Shown here piece by piece: positions 50,424 to 59,163 of a stretch of 60,418 nucleotides of DNA. The DNA is taken from positions 1 to 60,418 of the forward strand of contig JANNEN010000183.1 of NCBI GenBank assembly GCA_031378715.1. Direction: 5' to 3'. Both the position numbers and the translations under genes were made by a program. Position 1 is the stretch's first letter, and each line of letters begins with the position of its first letter. This DNA comes from Emticicia sp. Lineage in GTDB: Bacteria; Bacteroidota; Bacteroidia; Cytophagales; Spirosomataceae. The notes below the pieces were generated by a model that was not told the origin of the DNA, did no database searches, and worked only from the letters and a program-made list of their open reading frames with translations.

Positions 50424-51230
50424 TCAGTCCTCAAAATTCGATTCACGCTTTTCTATTTTTGCAGAGAAGGCCTCTTTTAAATCATTTGAAATCAACATTG
50501 CAGCATTCCAAGTGGCTATATAATTTAGCCCGTCGGCCACCGAGTGGTCACGGGTGTGGAGCAAAATATGCTTTGTTCCACGAACCGAAACGGGCGATTT
50601 TGCGGCAATGTTTACTGCTATTTTCATTACGTGTTGCATCATCGTTTCTTTGTTTTCAAAAGACCGATTAACTATACCAATTTTTTCGGCTTCTTGCCCC
50701 TCAACATTTCTGCCCGTGTAGGCCATTTCTCGCACCAAACCATCACCGATGAGTTTTGGCAAACGCTGCAAAGTGCCTAAGTCGGCCACCATTCCCATAT
50801 CAATTTCTTTGATGGTAAAATAAGCATCATCAGTGCAATAACGCATATCACAACCACAAACCAAGTCGATGCCGCCACCAATACAACCGCCATGAATAGC
50901 AGCCAGCACGGGTTTTGAGCAATTTTCAATAGCATTGATGGGTGCTTGTAGCCGCAGAATATCCTTGCGTATCCGCTCACGGCGGCGAGCTTCGCAAGTG
51001 ATATCGGCCTGCGAAACCGACATTAGCAAACTCAAATCAATACCTGCACAGAAGTGCTTGCTTTCGCCACCTTCCAGTACAATTACTCGCACGTCGGGGT
51101 TTTCGTCAAGACTTTCAAATAATTCGGTTATTTCGTCCCAAGCGGTTTGGTTCAAGGCATTGGCTTTTTCGGGGCGATTGATTGTCACCCGAGCAATGTG
51201 GTTTTCGATGGTAAGTTTTAGGGTTTGCAT
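50424..51230 (-). CDS. Crotonase family protein (dienoyl-CoA isomerase-like)
   Basis: NRPEKANA, FCAGIDL, GGCIGGG, KEIDMGMVADLGTLQRLP. Confidence 0.88.
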   Translation of the reverse strand: MQTLKLTIENHIARVTINRPEKANALNQTAWDEITELFESLDENPDVRVIVLEGGESKHFCAGIDLSLLMSVSQADITCEARRRERIRKDILRLQAPINAIENCSKPVLAAIHGGCIGGGIDLVCGCDMRYCTDDAYFTIKEIDMGMVADLGTLQRLPKLIGDGLVREMAYTGRNVEGQEAEKIGIVNRSFENKETMMQHVMKIAVNIAAKSPVSVRGTKHILLHTRDHSVADGLNYIATWNAAMLISNDLKEAFSAKIEKRESNFED

Positions 51231-51258
51231 GATGGTTTTGCTGTAATTTTAAACAGGT

Positions 51259-52386
51259 TCATTGACTACTTAAAACCCTTTTCAAAGCATCTAAAAAAAT
51301 ATCAGCCTCTTTGATGGTCATTGCCAAACTCGGTAAAAGTCGCATGGTGTGCGTTCCCGCTACGCCCGTGAAGATTTTATGCTCAAATAGCATGGCATTT
51401 CTAATTGGCCCAACGGGTTTTTCAAACTCAATACCAATCATTAAGCCTTGTCCACGGAGTTCTTTTATTCCTGCGATTCCTTTGAGGTGTTTGAAAAAAT
51501 AATCCCCGATATTGGCGGCATTTTGTACGAGTTTTTCTTTCTTGATAATATCCAGAACGGCGATTGCAGCAGTACACGCCAGATGATTTCCGCCAAAGGT
51601 TGTGCCTAACATTCCGTGTTTTGCTTCAAATTTTGGTGAAATCAAGACGCCACCAATCGGAAAGCCGTTGCCCATTCCCTTGGCGATGGTGATAATATCA
51701 GGTTTTACGCCACTGTGCTGAAAGGTAAAGAATTTTCCCGACCGCCCGTAGCCGCATTGTACGGAATCATGAATAAAAATCGCCCCTGTTTTGTTGCAGG
51801 CCTTGCGGATTGCCCGCATGAAGTCGTCAGTGGCCACATTTATTCCGCCTACGCCCTGAATACCTTCAACGATTACGGCACAGGTTTCATCATCAACGGC
51901 ACGTTTGAGAGCTTCTACGTCATTGAAAGGTAAAATCTGCACATGGTCAGCAAAATTTATTGGTGCTTGAATCGACGGGTTGTCGGTTGCGGCAACGGCA
52001 GCTGAGGTTCGCCCATGAAAACCTTTTGAGAAAGCAATGATTTTCTTGCGTCTATTATAAAACGATGCCAATTTCAAGGCGTTTTCGTTGGCTTCGGCTC
52101 CTGAATTTGCCAAAAACAAAAAATAATCTTTCAAACCCGACAGTTTTCCCAATTTATCGGCCAGTTCGTCTTGTGACGGGATTTTGACGGAATTTGAGTA
52201 AAAACCAATATTTTTGAGTTGTTGTGTAAGTTTTCGGACGTAATACGGGTGCGTATGTCCCACCGAAATCACGGCGTGACCACCGTAAAGATCAAGGTAT
52301 TGTTGTCCTGTCTTGTCCCAAAGATAAGAACCTTGAGCCTTCACAGGCTCAATATCATAAAGTGGATATACGTTGAAAAGAGTCAT
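51259..52386 (-). CDS. argD: Acetylornithine aminotransferase
   Basis: YLDLYGGHAV, NSGAEANE, FHGRT, IQGVGG, AKGMGNGFPIG, GTTFGGN. Confidence 0.85.
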   Translation of the reverse strand: MTLFNVYPLYDIEPVKAQGSYLWDKTGQQYLDLYGGHAVISVGHTHPYYVRKLTQQLKNIGFYSNSVKIPSQDELADKLGKLSGLKDYFLFLANSGAEANENALKLASFYNRRKKIIAFSKGFHGRTSAAVAATDNPSIQAPINFADHVQILPFNDVEALKRAVDDETCAVIVEGIQGVGGINVATDDFMRAIRKACNKTGAIFIHDSVQCGYGRSGKFFTFQHSGVKPDIITIAKGMGNGFPIGGVLISPKFEAKHGMLGTTFGGNHLACTAAIAVLDIIKKEKLVQNAANIGDYFFKHLKGIAGIKELRGQGLMIGIEFEKPVGPIRNAMLFEHKIFTGVAGTHTMRLLPSLAMTIKEADIFLDALKRVLSSQ

Positions 52387-52559
52387 TCTATTTTTCTTTG
52401 ATTTTTTTTCGCAAGTAAATTTTACACAAAAGTCGTAAACTTTATTCTATTCTTTGGTCAATTTGCAAAGTTTGACCTGCAAAGAAGCCTTCTCTATTAG
52501 GGTAATGCTGTCAATTTAAGGTTTTTAAATAGTTTCCAAATTTAATTAATCTTAGTTTC

Positions 52560-52592
52560 AACGCTGGCAGGGTTCAAAACCCTGCCAGCGTT
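52560..52592. repeat. REP-like palindrome family A, copy 3
   Basis: Identical to 19870-19902. Confidence 0.92.
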
Positions 52593-52653
52593 AGCGTAGG
52601 TAAATTCTTTAAATTAATAGCACTGCTCTATTAGGGAGGCAGTGTTGGGGGGG

Positions 52654-53886
52654 CTACTTCAACTCTCCAGCCAGTTTGTTAATACTCGATTCGATGTTTG
52701 CTACTATCTTTTTGAGATTTGGGTCTGTGACCTTCGTTTTTGCTACGGTAATGTTTGTTTTGGCGGTTACAATATCTTTTTTAGCATTGGTTAAATCTCC
52801 TGCTTTCTGATATAATCTTGCTGATTCGTAGCTAAGATTTGCTATTTCCTGCTCGGTTTTCAATAATGGTCGGGCTTTTACGAGCCATTGGCGGGCATTG
52901 TTGGCGTATTTTCCGTCCGTAAAATTTGTATTAAAAAAAGTTACGTAATATACCAAAAGCTGCGGTTGAGTTTGTGCATTGATGAGGCTTTGCAAGAAAG
53001 CAAATGCTTTATCTTGTCCTTGCTCACGCATGATAGCGGGACATTCGATTTGCCACGTAGATCCCGATGCGTATTGGGCGGCACCAATAACGCCCATGTA
53101 CTTTTTAAGTTTATTTACTTTTGCCAATGAATATTTTGCTCCTTTGGGGTCGTAAATGGCCATCTGCACCAGCATTCCGAGGGCGTTCATTTCGCTTCCT
53201 GCGTGACCCTCTTCGGCGGCGTATTTTTTGGCTGTTTCCATGTTATTGAGCCAATGTTCGGCAAAGCCATTTTCAATATCCATGATACACTTCTTGACAA
53301 TTGCCCAACTTTGCTTATCGCTCAAATTATTTTTTGGATAATTGTTATATAACTCATTGGCTACCAACATATTACGAGCCGTGTCTTGGGTCACACGGAG
53401 CAAGTATGCTAAGCCTGTCATGGTGCTAATATCTCGGTTTCCTGCTTGAAATTTTTTCCAAAAGCCACCCGTTTGTTGGTTCGGATCAAGGGCCGTTTTA
53501 GCGTGTTGAACCAGATCTTTGGGCGTATTTACGGGGTCGGTTAGGTGCAGAATATTTTGATTATTATCGAAATAAAAAAACAACGGAAATCCTGGTAAAT
53601 AGATTTTTTTCTTGGTCAAAAATGCTACTTGTTTGGCATCTTCGACGTTGAGTTTGTAGTTTACGAAATTTTGGTTGTAAAATTTACCCACTTCGGCATT
53701 TTTGAGCGTTGGTTCCAAGCTCATACAAATTGGGCAGTTGGGCGAGTAACATTCCACAAAAACCGATTTGCCCGTAGCTTTTGCTTTCTGAAATGCGGCC
53801 TCAATGGTTGGTTCAAAGACAATCCCTTGGGCAAATGTCAGGTTTGTGACTAAAATGAAAATGCTTACTAAAATTACTTTCTTCAT
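52654..53886 (-). CDS. Secreted thioredoxin-fold protein with helical C-terminus
   Basis: Signal peptide, CPIC motif, FYNQNFVN, GFP; ATG at 53886. Confidence 0.8.
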   Translation of the reverse strand: MKKVILVSIFILVTNLTFAQGIVFEPTIEAAFQKAKATGKSVFVECYSPNCPICMSLEPTLKNAEVGKFYNQNFVNYKLNVEDAKQVAFLTKKKIYLPGFPLFFYFDNNQNILHLTDPVNTPKDLVQHAKTALDPNQQTGGFWKKFQAGNRDISTMTGLAYLLRVTQDTARNMLVANELYNNYPKNNLSDKQSWAIVKKCIMDIENGFAEHWLNNMETAKKYAAEEGHAGSEMNALGMLVQMAIYDPKGAKYSLAKVNKLKKYMGVIGAAQYASGSTWQIECPAIMREQGQDKAFAFLQSLINAQTQPQLLVYYVTFFNTNFTDGKYANNARQWLVKARPLLKTEQEIANLSYESARLYQKAGDLTNAKKDIVTAKTNITVAKTKVTDPNLKKIVANIESSINKLAGELK

Positions 53887-54038
53887 GTTGTTTTGATGGT
53901 TTTTATGACAAATTAGTGATTTTTGAGGAAAATATATCAAAATCTTCTATTCTTTAACAAATTATTAACACGGCGAAATTATAGTTTTGATGACAACTTT
54001 TGTTTTTTGAAGTGTTTTCTTTTTCAACTAACTACGTG

Positions 54039-54824
54039 CTAATACTTAAAACTCGGCACTCGCTGAAACTCGTCCAAGCACCGATAGACTTCCAATGTAA
54101 GATCGTAGTCGGAAGCGGTCAAAACAAAGTTTTCGGGCAAACTACAAAATTTCATAAAATTTTTCAGTTCCTGCCCCTTCAACTTCGTTACGAACGAAAT
54201 ATATTCGGCATTATAGCGGTACTCGACTAAGAGTTTTCGGAGGTCTTCCTGCTTCATGGCCGCTAATTTTCGGCGAGATTTGCCTTCTTTGCTAAAAAGC
54301 TCGTAAAGGCCATCAATCGAAATGCCGATTGTGCCAGGAGCCGAAGTATTGGTATTGATGAGGTTTGAAATATCCCTCCATTTGAGCTTGCTCGAAGCCT
54401 CGGGTGTGGCCATGAGTTCGTCGATTTGTTTTTTCACTTGCTCCATTCGTTTATCCCGAATCACGACTTCGGGCAGAACGATGGCATCTTGCCGCATTTC
54501 GATTGTTGGTTCAGTATTAGTGCCGTCCCAAGCAATTGCGGCTATTTTGTAGCCTATTGAGGAGATTTTGATAGAATCGCCCTTCGTAGCACGCACCAAA
54601 AAATTACCATTATCAGCCGTTTTGGTGAGTTGTTTAGTGTTTTTGTTCAACACCGTAGCTGCCGCAATAGGCTTGCCCGTCATTTTATCAACGGCTTTGC
54701 CGAGTACGTAGGCTTTTTGGGCGGTGGTGGAAAAGGAAAAAAAGAGGAGGAAAAGCCCTACCCAAGCCTCCCCAGTGGGGAGGGCTTTCAAAATCAACAG
54801 GCCTTTTTTTTTCCTTCCAATCAT
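54039..54824 (-). CDS. Secreted carboxypeptidase-regulatory-like domain protein
   Basis: GKAVD..GKPIAAATV..DNGNF..SSIGY..LPEVVI; probable start MIGRKKK at 54824 (ORF extends to 54914). Confidence 0.7.
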   Translation of the reverse strand: MIGRKKKGLLILKALPTGEAWVGLFLLFFSFSTTAQKAYVLGKAVDKMTGKPIAAATVLNKNTKQLTKTADNGNFLVRATKGDSIKISSIGYKIAAIAWDGTNTEPTIEMRQDAIVLPEVVIRDKRMEQVKKQIDELMATPEASSKLKWRDISNLINTNTSAPGTIGISIDGLYELFSKEGKSRRKLAAMKQEDLRKLLVEYRYNAEYISFVTKLKGQELKNFMKFCSLPENFVLTASDYDLTLEVYRCLDEFQRVPSFKY

Positions 54825-54896
54825 AAAAGCAATAAATGTTCTTTTAAACCCTCGCCTCATCGGGGAGGGCAGGGCGACCGACGCTTCGGTGGGGCT
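54752..54896. repeat. Inverted pair of C/G-rich REP-like elements, family C
   Basis: AAGCCCTACCCAAGCCTCCCCAGTGGGGAGGGCTTT (from 54753) and an inverted relative at 54843-54896. Confidence 0.75.
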
Positions 54897-54897
54897 G

Positions 54898-56286
54898 TTA
54901 TTTAATCTGTCCATTCAGAATGACGTGTTTCACTTCGTTGTTCTTTACCAAAACAAAACTCGGAGTTTCGTTGATGTTTAGTTCGGTATTTAACATTTCT
55001 CTTTCCGAAATTTTTAGATTTTTGGTCGCTTCGGGAAAATCTCGTAATGGCTTGACTGTCAGACCTTTCGCATCAATTTCTTTGATTCCCCAAAACGTAG
55101 AAAGATCTCCGATGTCTTCAATAACGCTCGAATATTCAAAATCGGTAGCGTTTTTAATATTTTTTTCAGTCAAATTGATACCAATATCTTTAATAATAGT
55201 TTTACCGTCTTGCACAAATTCGGCATTGCGAATCAGCAAATCGAACAAATATTTATCGTTATTCGGTATTGATTCGTAGGTTTTTAGTTTGTGTTTTCGG
55301 TAAGATTTTTCAGCAATTGCTTGTAAACCTGTCAAAATCGCTACAAAATTGAGTTTTCTGATGAATTGTTTTTCAATATCATCTTTGTAGCCGCCCGATT
55401 CTATCAAAATCAAACTACTGCCCCATTTGGCAATATTATCACCAAAAGCTCGTGGTTCGTGGTCGTCGTTCCAGCGGCCGAGATTATTGGGGATAAACTG
55501 CTGCAAGGTTTCGTACATTCCACAAATTACTTGCATGGCTCGGGTACGAGTCGGGTTCCAGTTTTTTTCAAAGTCATAAGAAGTTGCCAAAAACGAAACC
55601 GTAGCTTGATTTCCGCTTGCACCTGCACTGTATTTTGTGCCTTTATCGTGCAGATTAAACGAAAATTCGGGTTTGATGTCGTCCTGTAATTGCTTCAAAA
55701 TTTGCCCTTCGGGGGTTTGAAAACGCAGGGCATCACGGTTCATATCAATATCGGTAGCGGTGCGTCTTTGGTAGCGTTCTGCTCCGTCGGGGTTGAGCAT
55801 TGGTACGAAATAAAGCGTACATTTTTCCAAGATTTTGGTTCTAAGTTCATCAAAACCGTCATTTTTTTGCGGAATGCCGCCCAGCGGAGTGCCGCCCAGT
55901 GGAGTGCCGCCCAGTGGAGTGCCGCCCACCTGAAAAAACTTAAAAATATCCATCAAAGCCATCGTGGCGGTTGGTTCGTCGCCGTGCATTTGTGACCAAA
56001 GCAAAATCTTTATTTTACCAGTCCCGAGTTTGATTTGATAAATCGTTCGTTGCTCAAAGGATTGTCCGATTTTCTGAATCTCAAAGGGCAGAGCCTCCAC
56101 CAAAGGGACAATATCTTTATGTTTAAAACGGCGGTTTACGAGGCTTTTTTCTTTAAAATTATCGTGTTTGTCGAATAATTGTTTAGAATAATCGGGTAGT
56201 GTTTTTTGAGAAACGGCTGACATACTTGCTAAAAAAAGGAAAATTAACCAAACCACAAAGGTAAGGTGTTTGTGAAGAAGTACCAT
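54898..56286 (-). CDS. M14 zinc carboxypeptidase family protein
   Basis: SQMHGDE, PMLNPDG, DMNRD, FNLHD, LIESG. Confidence 0.88.
   Translation of the reverse strand: MVLLHKHLTFVVWLIFLFLASMSAVSQKTLPDYSKQLFDKHDNFKEKSLVNRRFKHKDIVPLVEALPFEIQKIGQSFEQRTIYQIKLGTGKIKILLWSQMHGDEPTATMALMDIFKFFQVGGTPLGGTPLGGTPLGGIPQKNDGFDELRTKILEKCTLYFVPMLNPDGAERYQRRTATDIDMNRDALRFQTPEGQILKQLQDDIKPEFSFNLHDKGTKYSAGASGNQATVSFLATSYDFEKNWNPTRTRAMQVICGMYETLQQFIPNNLGRWNDDHEPRAFGDNIAKWGSSLILIESGGYKDDIEKQFIRKLNFVAILTGLQAIAEKSYRKHKLKTYESIPNNDKYLFDLLIRNAEFVQDGKTIIKDIGINLTEKNIKNATDFEYSSVIEDIGDLSTFWGIKEIDAKGLTVKPLRDFPEATKNLKISEREMLNTELNINETPSFVLVKNNEVKHVILNGQIK
55871..55930. repeat. In-frame 15 bp tandem repeat x4 encoding GGTPL
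   Basis: GGA(A/G)TGCCGCCCA(GC/GT/CC) x4. Confidence 0.92.
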
Positions 56287-56363
56287 ATATTTATGAAAGT
56301 TTTAAGGCGTACATTGTGGGAGTCAAAGGTAGGCTTATTTGTTTGGTTTTCTTAGAAAAGCGG

Positions 56364-56831
56364 TTATTTGCCGCAGCATTTTTTGTGTTTCTTGCCGCTT
56401 CCGCACGCACAGTAGTCATTGCGATTTTGAGTGATACTTTTAGGGTCAATGATTCCGTTTATGTAAAACCATTCTTCACGCTCTTTTATAAAAGAAGATT
56501 TCTCGTGGTGAACTTGCATAGTGTCTTGATAATCAACGAAGTAGGCTTTAAATTCGACTTCGCCAGTGGTATCATCAGCTTGACCGTTTTTGACTGAAAT
56601 TATCTCTAATTTTTGCCATTTGTTTTCTTTGGCCCAAGCTTTGATGTCAGCTTCATTTTGGCTTTTTAGCAAAGTAGTATGCTTCGTTCGAATCAAGTAC
56701 GCAGGCTCAATACTCGCATAGGCCGAATACCTCGACCGCATCAACTGTTCGGCGGTTTGGGCTGGAGTTTTTCCTTGAATAATTAGTTCACAGCACGCCG
56801 AAAATGGCTTATCTGCACCGCAAAAGCACAT
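56364..56831 (-). CDS. YchJ family SEC-C motif protein
   Basis: CFCG..CC, TAEQLMRSRYSAY, VEFKAYF, HHEKSSF, C-terminal RNDYCACGSGKKHKKCC. Confidence 0.9.
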   Translation of the reverse strand: MCFCGADKPFSACCELIIQGKTPAQTAEQLMRSRYSAYASIEPAYLIRTKHTTLLKSQNEADIKAWAKENKWQKLEIISVKNGQADDTTGEVEFKAYFVDYQDTMQVHHEKSSFIKEREEWFYINGIIDPKSITQNRNDYCACGSGKKHKKCCGK

Positions 56832-56873
56832 AGAATCAGGTTTTATTTCATGTAAGACAAATTAAACAGGTTC

Positions 56874-59036
56874 TTAGTTAAAAAACACCTCATCGACAAA
56901 AAACCAAGCCTTTTGTCCTTTACCAACGTGCCAAACGGGGAGTTTTGAAAGTGGTTTTACCACAACCTTTATTACCTTAAAATTGCCCGAAACAATCGGA
57001 ATATCAATACCTAAATTAGTATTTACTTCCATTTTGGCTGCCTGTTTTGGCGTGATTTTTTGAATTATTTTCAAATCATCTTTATTATTCCCCCCCCAAA
57101 TCTCGACCGTTGCGGGCGGCATCAAATACGAATCCATTTTTTGTAAATAACTGATAGTCAGCCCTTTGATTGGCTTTGGTACTTTAAATTCAAAAAAAGT
57201 AACGAAGTCTTTGTCCCGAAAACCGAGCCAAGCCTTATCGCTAAAATTATCGCTCGGGCCTTTCTTCAAATCGTATAAACTCAAAGCCCCTTTGCCCGAG
57301 TATTTTGGGTCGGGTGAGTTTAGTAAATACACGCTGTCGGGTACAAAATTTGTTTTGAAAAAGCTGTACTCAACTTTTCGGCTGGCGTACCAGTTTTGTT
57401 TGGTTGCGAGGGCTTTTATTTTGGTAAAATTGCTGATTATCAATGGTTTATCATAAACATTTGCAGTTGTAGAGTCGGGGTCGGTGCCGTCGGTTGTGTA
57501 GCGAATCTTGACATCTTTGAGGGTGTGTTTGAAGATCACGGGCATATTGCCTTTGATTACAAACTCCTCATTGACCAATATCGGCGGATTGAGTTTCAGC
57601 ACTTCATCGGGGTTATCGACTCCACCCTTGTCGAATTTTATTTTAGGATATTTCTTAGAAAACTCCGCTACCATTGCTTCATTAATGGCAGTATTCCAAA
57701 CAAAAACTTCTTTCAGATTTGGCAAATCAAGCAATTTTTGAAGGTTTTCTTTCGAGATTTTTGTTCCTGACAAAGCAATGGATTCAAGTTTTTTGCACTT
57801 TTGGAGTTGTTCGAGCGTACTTCCAGTAATGTCAGTTTGGTTTAAGGTCAGTTTTTCAAGATTCTGAAAATTTGCAATCAGCGAAATATCTTCATCTTTG
57901 ACGGGCATTTTGGCAAGGTTCAGCATCACTAATTGTTGGCTGACTTTCGAGAGGTTTTCTAAGTTTTTTCGGTCGTATTTTTTACTCACAAAAAAATCGG
58001 CTTGCAAGGCAGGGGAGTTTGAAGCAAACTGAAAAACCGAACAAAAAGGCGTATTTACTGCTTTCAAATCCGACTCCGAAGGCATCGAAAAGTCATAAGT
58101 TTTTGCGGCTTTTTGGGCGGTTTTTGTGTCAATCAATTTTGAGGCTAATTTCTTGGTTTCCGAACTTGCCACGTAGTTTTTGAACGTTTTTTGTACATCA
58201 GCACCTTCATTTATCCAAGCTGTCAGTATCGCAATATCATCAGTTGTGAGTTGGGTTTTTCCTCGGGGGGGCATGTGTTCTTTGTCATCAAGCGGCAGGC
58301 TTGCTCGCTGAATAATATGACTATTCAAAGCATCACCGATTTTCCAAATCATGCCGTTTTTTCCACCTCTTAGTATTTTCTCAATGCTACTCATATTGAG
58401 CTGACCTTTGGTTTTTTGGTCATTGTGGCAAGCTACGCACTTTGCTTCCAAAATCGGGTAAACAGCCGCTGTGTACATGGCACTATTTTCCGAAAAAACG
58501 GGTATGACGGTTTTTGTTTCAAAGGCTTCAAAAAGGTAGTTTTCGCCGTGCGTAATACCCGCCCCAAAATGCCCAGCGATGGCGATAAAGGTTAATAAAA
58601 CAAACCCCACCCAGCCCTCTCCAAAAGGGAGGGCTTTTAAAAAAAAGTTCTCGTAAAATAGCATAGAAACATAACACAAAAAACTTACTACCACTCCCGT
58701 CCATTTGTGGATTTGTAATAAATTTTCGTCATAACCGCCTTCTTTTGATAAGAAAAAGCCCATTATTGCCACAATTACCGCCGAAAGTGCCGTGAGATTT
58801 AACAGCAATCGGAGAAGCATTTCGTAGCTTTTTGCCTCAATTTCTTTTTTCAGAAATGAAAAAATCACCAAAATCACCGCAAAGCCAATCGGCAAATGCA
58901 GCAAAAGTGGGTGCATTCGTCCGAGGGGGCTTATCCAAAATGGAATACTTACCTGTGCTTCAAACAACAAGAAAAAAAGCAAGAGAATATTCAAACAAAG
59001 CAGTAAATATGAGGATATTTTATAGAAACGGGTCAT
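56874..59036 (-). CDS. Membrane protein with planctomycete-type cytochrome c, LRR and FN3-associated domains
   Basis: TM region with HPLLLHLPIG, H.W, AGHFG..THG; CVACH..HMPP heme motif; LRR-like stretch; IRYTTDGTDP. Confidence 0.82.
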   Translation of the reverse strand: MTRFYKISSYLLLCLNILLLFFLLFEAQVSIPFWISPLGRMHPLLLHLPIGFAVILVIFSFLKKEIEAKSYEMLLRLLLNLTALSAVIVAIMGFFLSKEGGYDENLLQIHKWTGVVVSFLCYVSMLFYENFFLKALPFGEGWVGFVLLTFIAIAGHFGAGITHGENYLFEAFETKTVIPVFSENSAMYTAAVYPILEAKCVACHNDQKTKGQLNMSSIEKILRGGKNGMIWKIGDALNSHIIQRASLPLDDKEHMPPRGKTQLTTDDIAILTAWINEGADVQKTFKNYVASSETKKLASKLIDTKTAQKAAKTYDFSMPSESDLKAVNTPFCSVFQFASNSPALQADFFVSKKYDRKNLENLSKVSQQLVMLNLAKMPVKDEDISLIANFQNLEKLTLNQTDITGSTLEQLQKCKKLESIALSGTKISKENLQKLLDLPNLKEVFVWNTAINEAMVAEFSKKYPKIKFDKGGVDNPDEVLKLNPPILVNEEFVIKGNMPVIFKHTLKDVKIRYTTDGTDPDSTTANVYDKPLIISNFTKIKALATKQNWYASRKVEYSFFKTNFVPDSVYLLNSPDPKYSGKGALSLYDLKKGPSDNFSDKAWLGFRDKDFVTFFEFKVPKPIKGLTISYLQKMDSYLMPPATVEIWGGNNKDDLKIIQKITPKQAAKMEVNTNLGIDIPIVSGNFKVIKVVVKPLSKLPVWHVGKGQKAWFFVDEVFFN
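58602..58642. repeat. Family C REP-like element inside a CDS
   Basis: AAACCCCACCCAGCCCTCTCCAAAAGGGAGGGCTTTT, colinear with the element at 54753. Confidence 0.75.
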
Positions 59037-59163
59037 TTTTTAGTTCTGACGGGGTCGCCCGTGCGATTCTGAGTTTTGAGTTTTTTTCTCACAAGACCGA
59101 ATAGTAAGAATGATAGCGGTATGCCGCCCAATTGATAATTGTTAATTGAACATTGATAATTGT

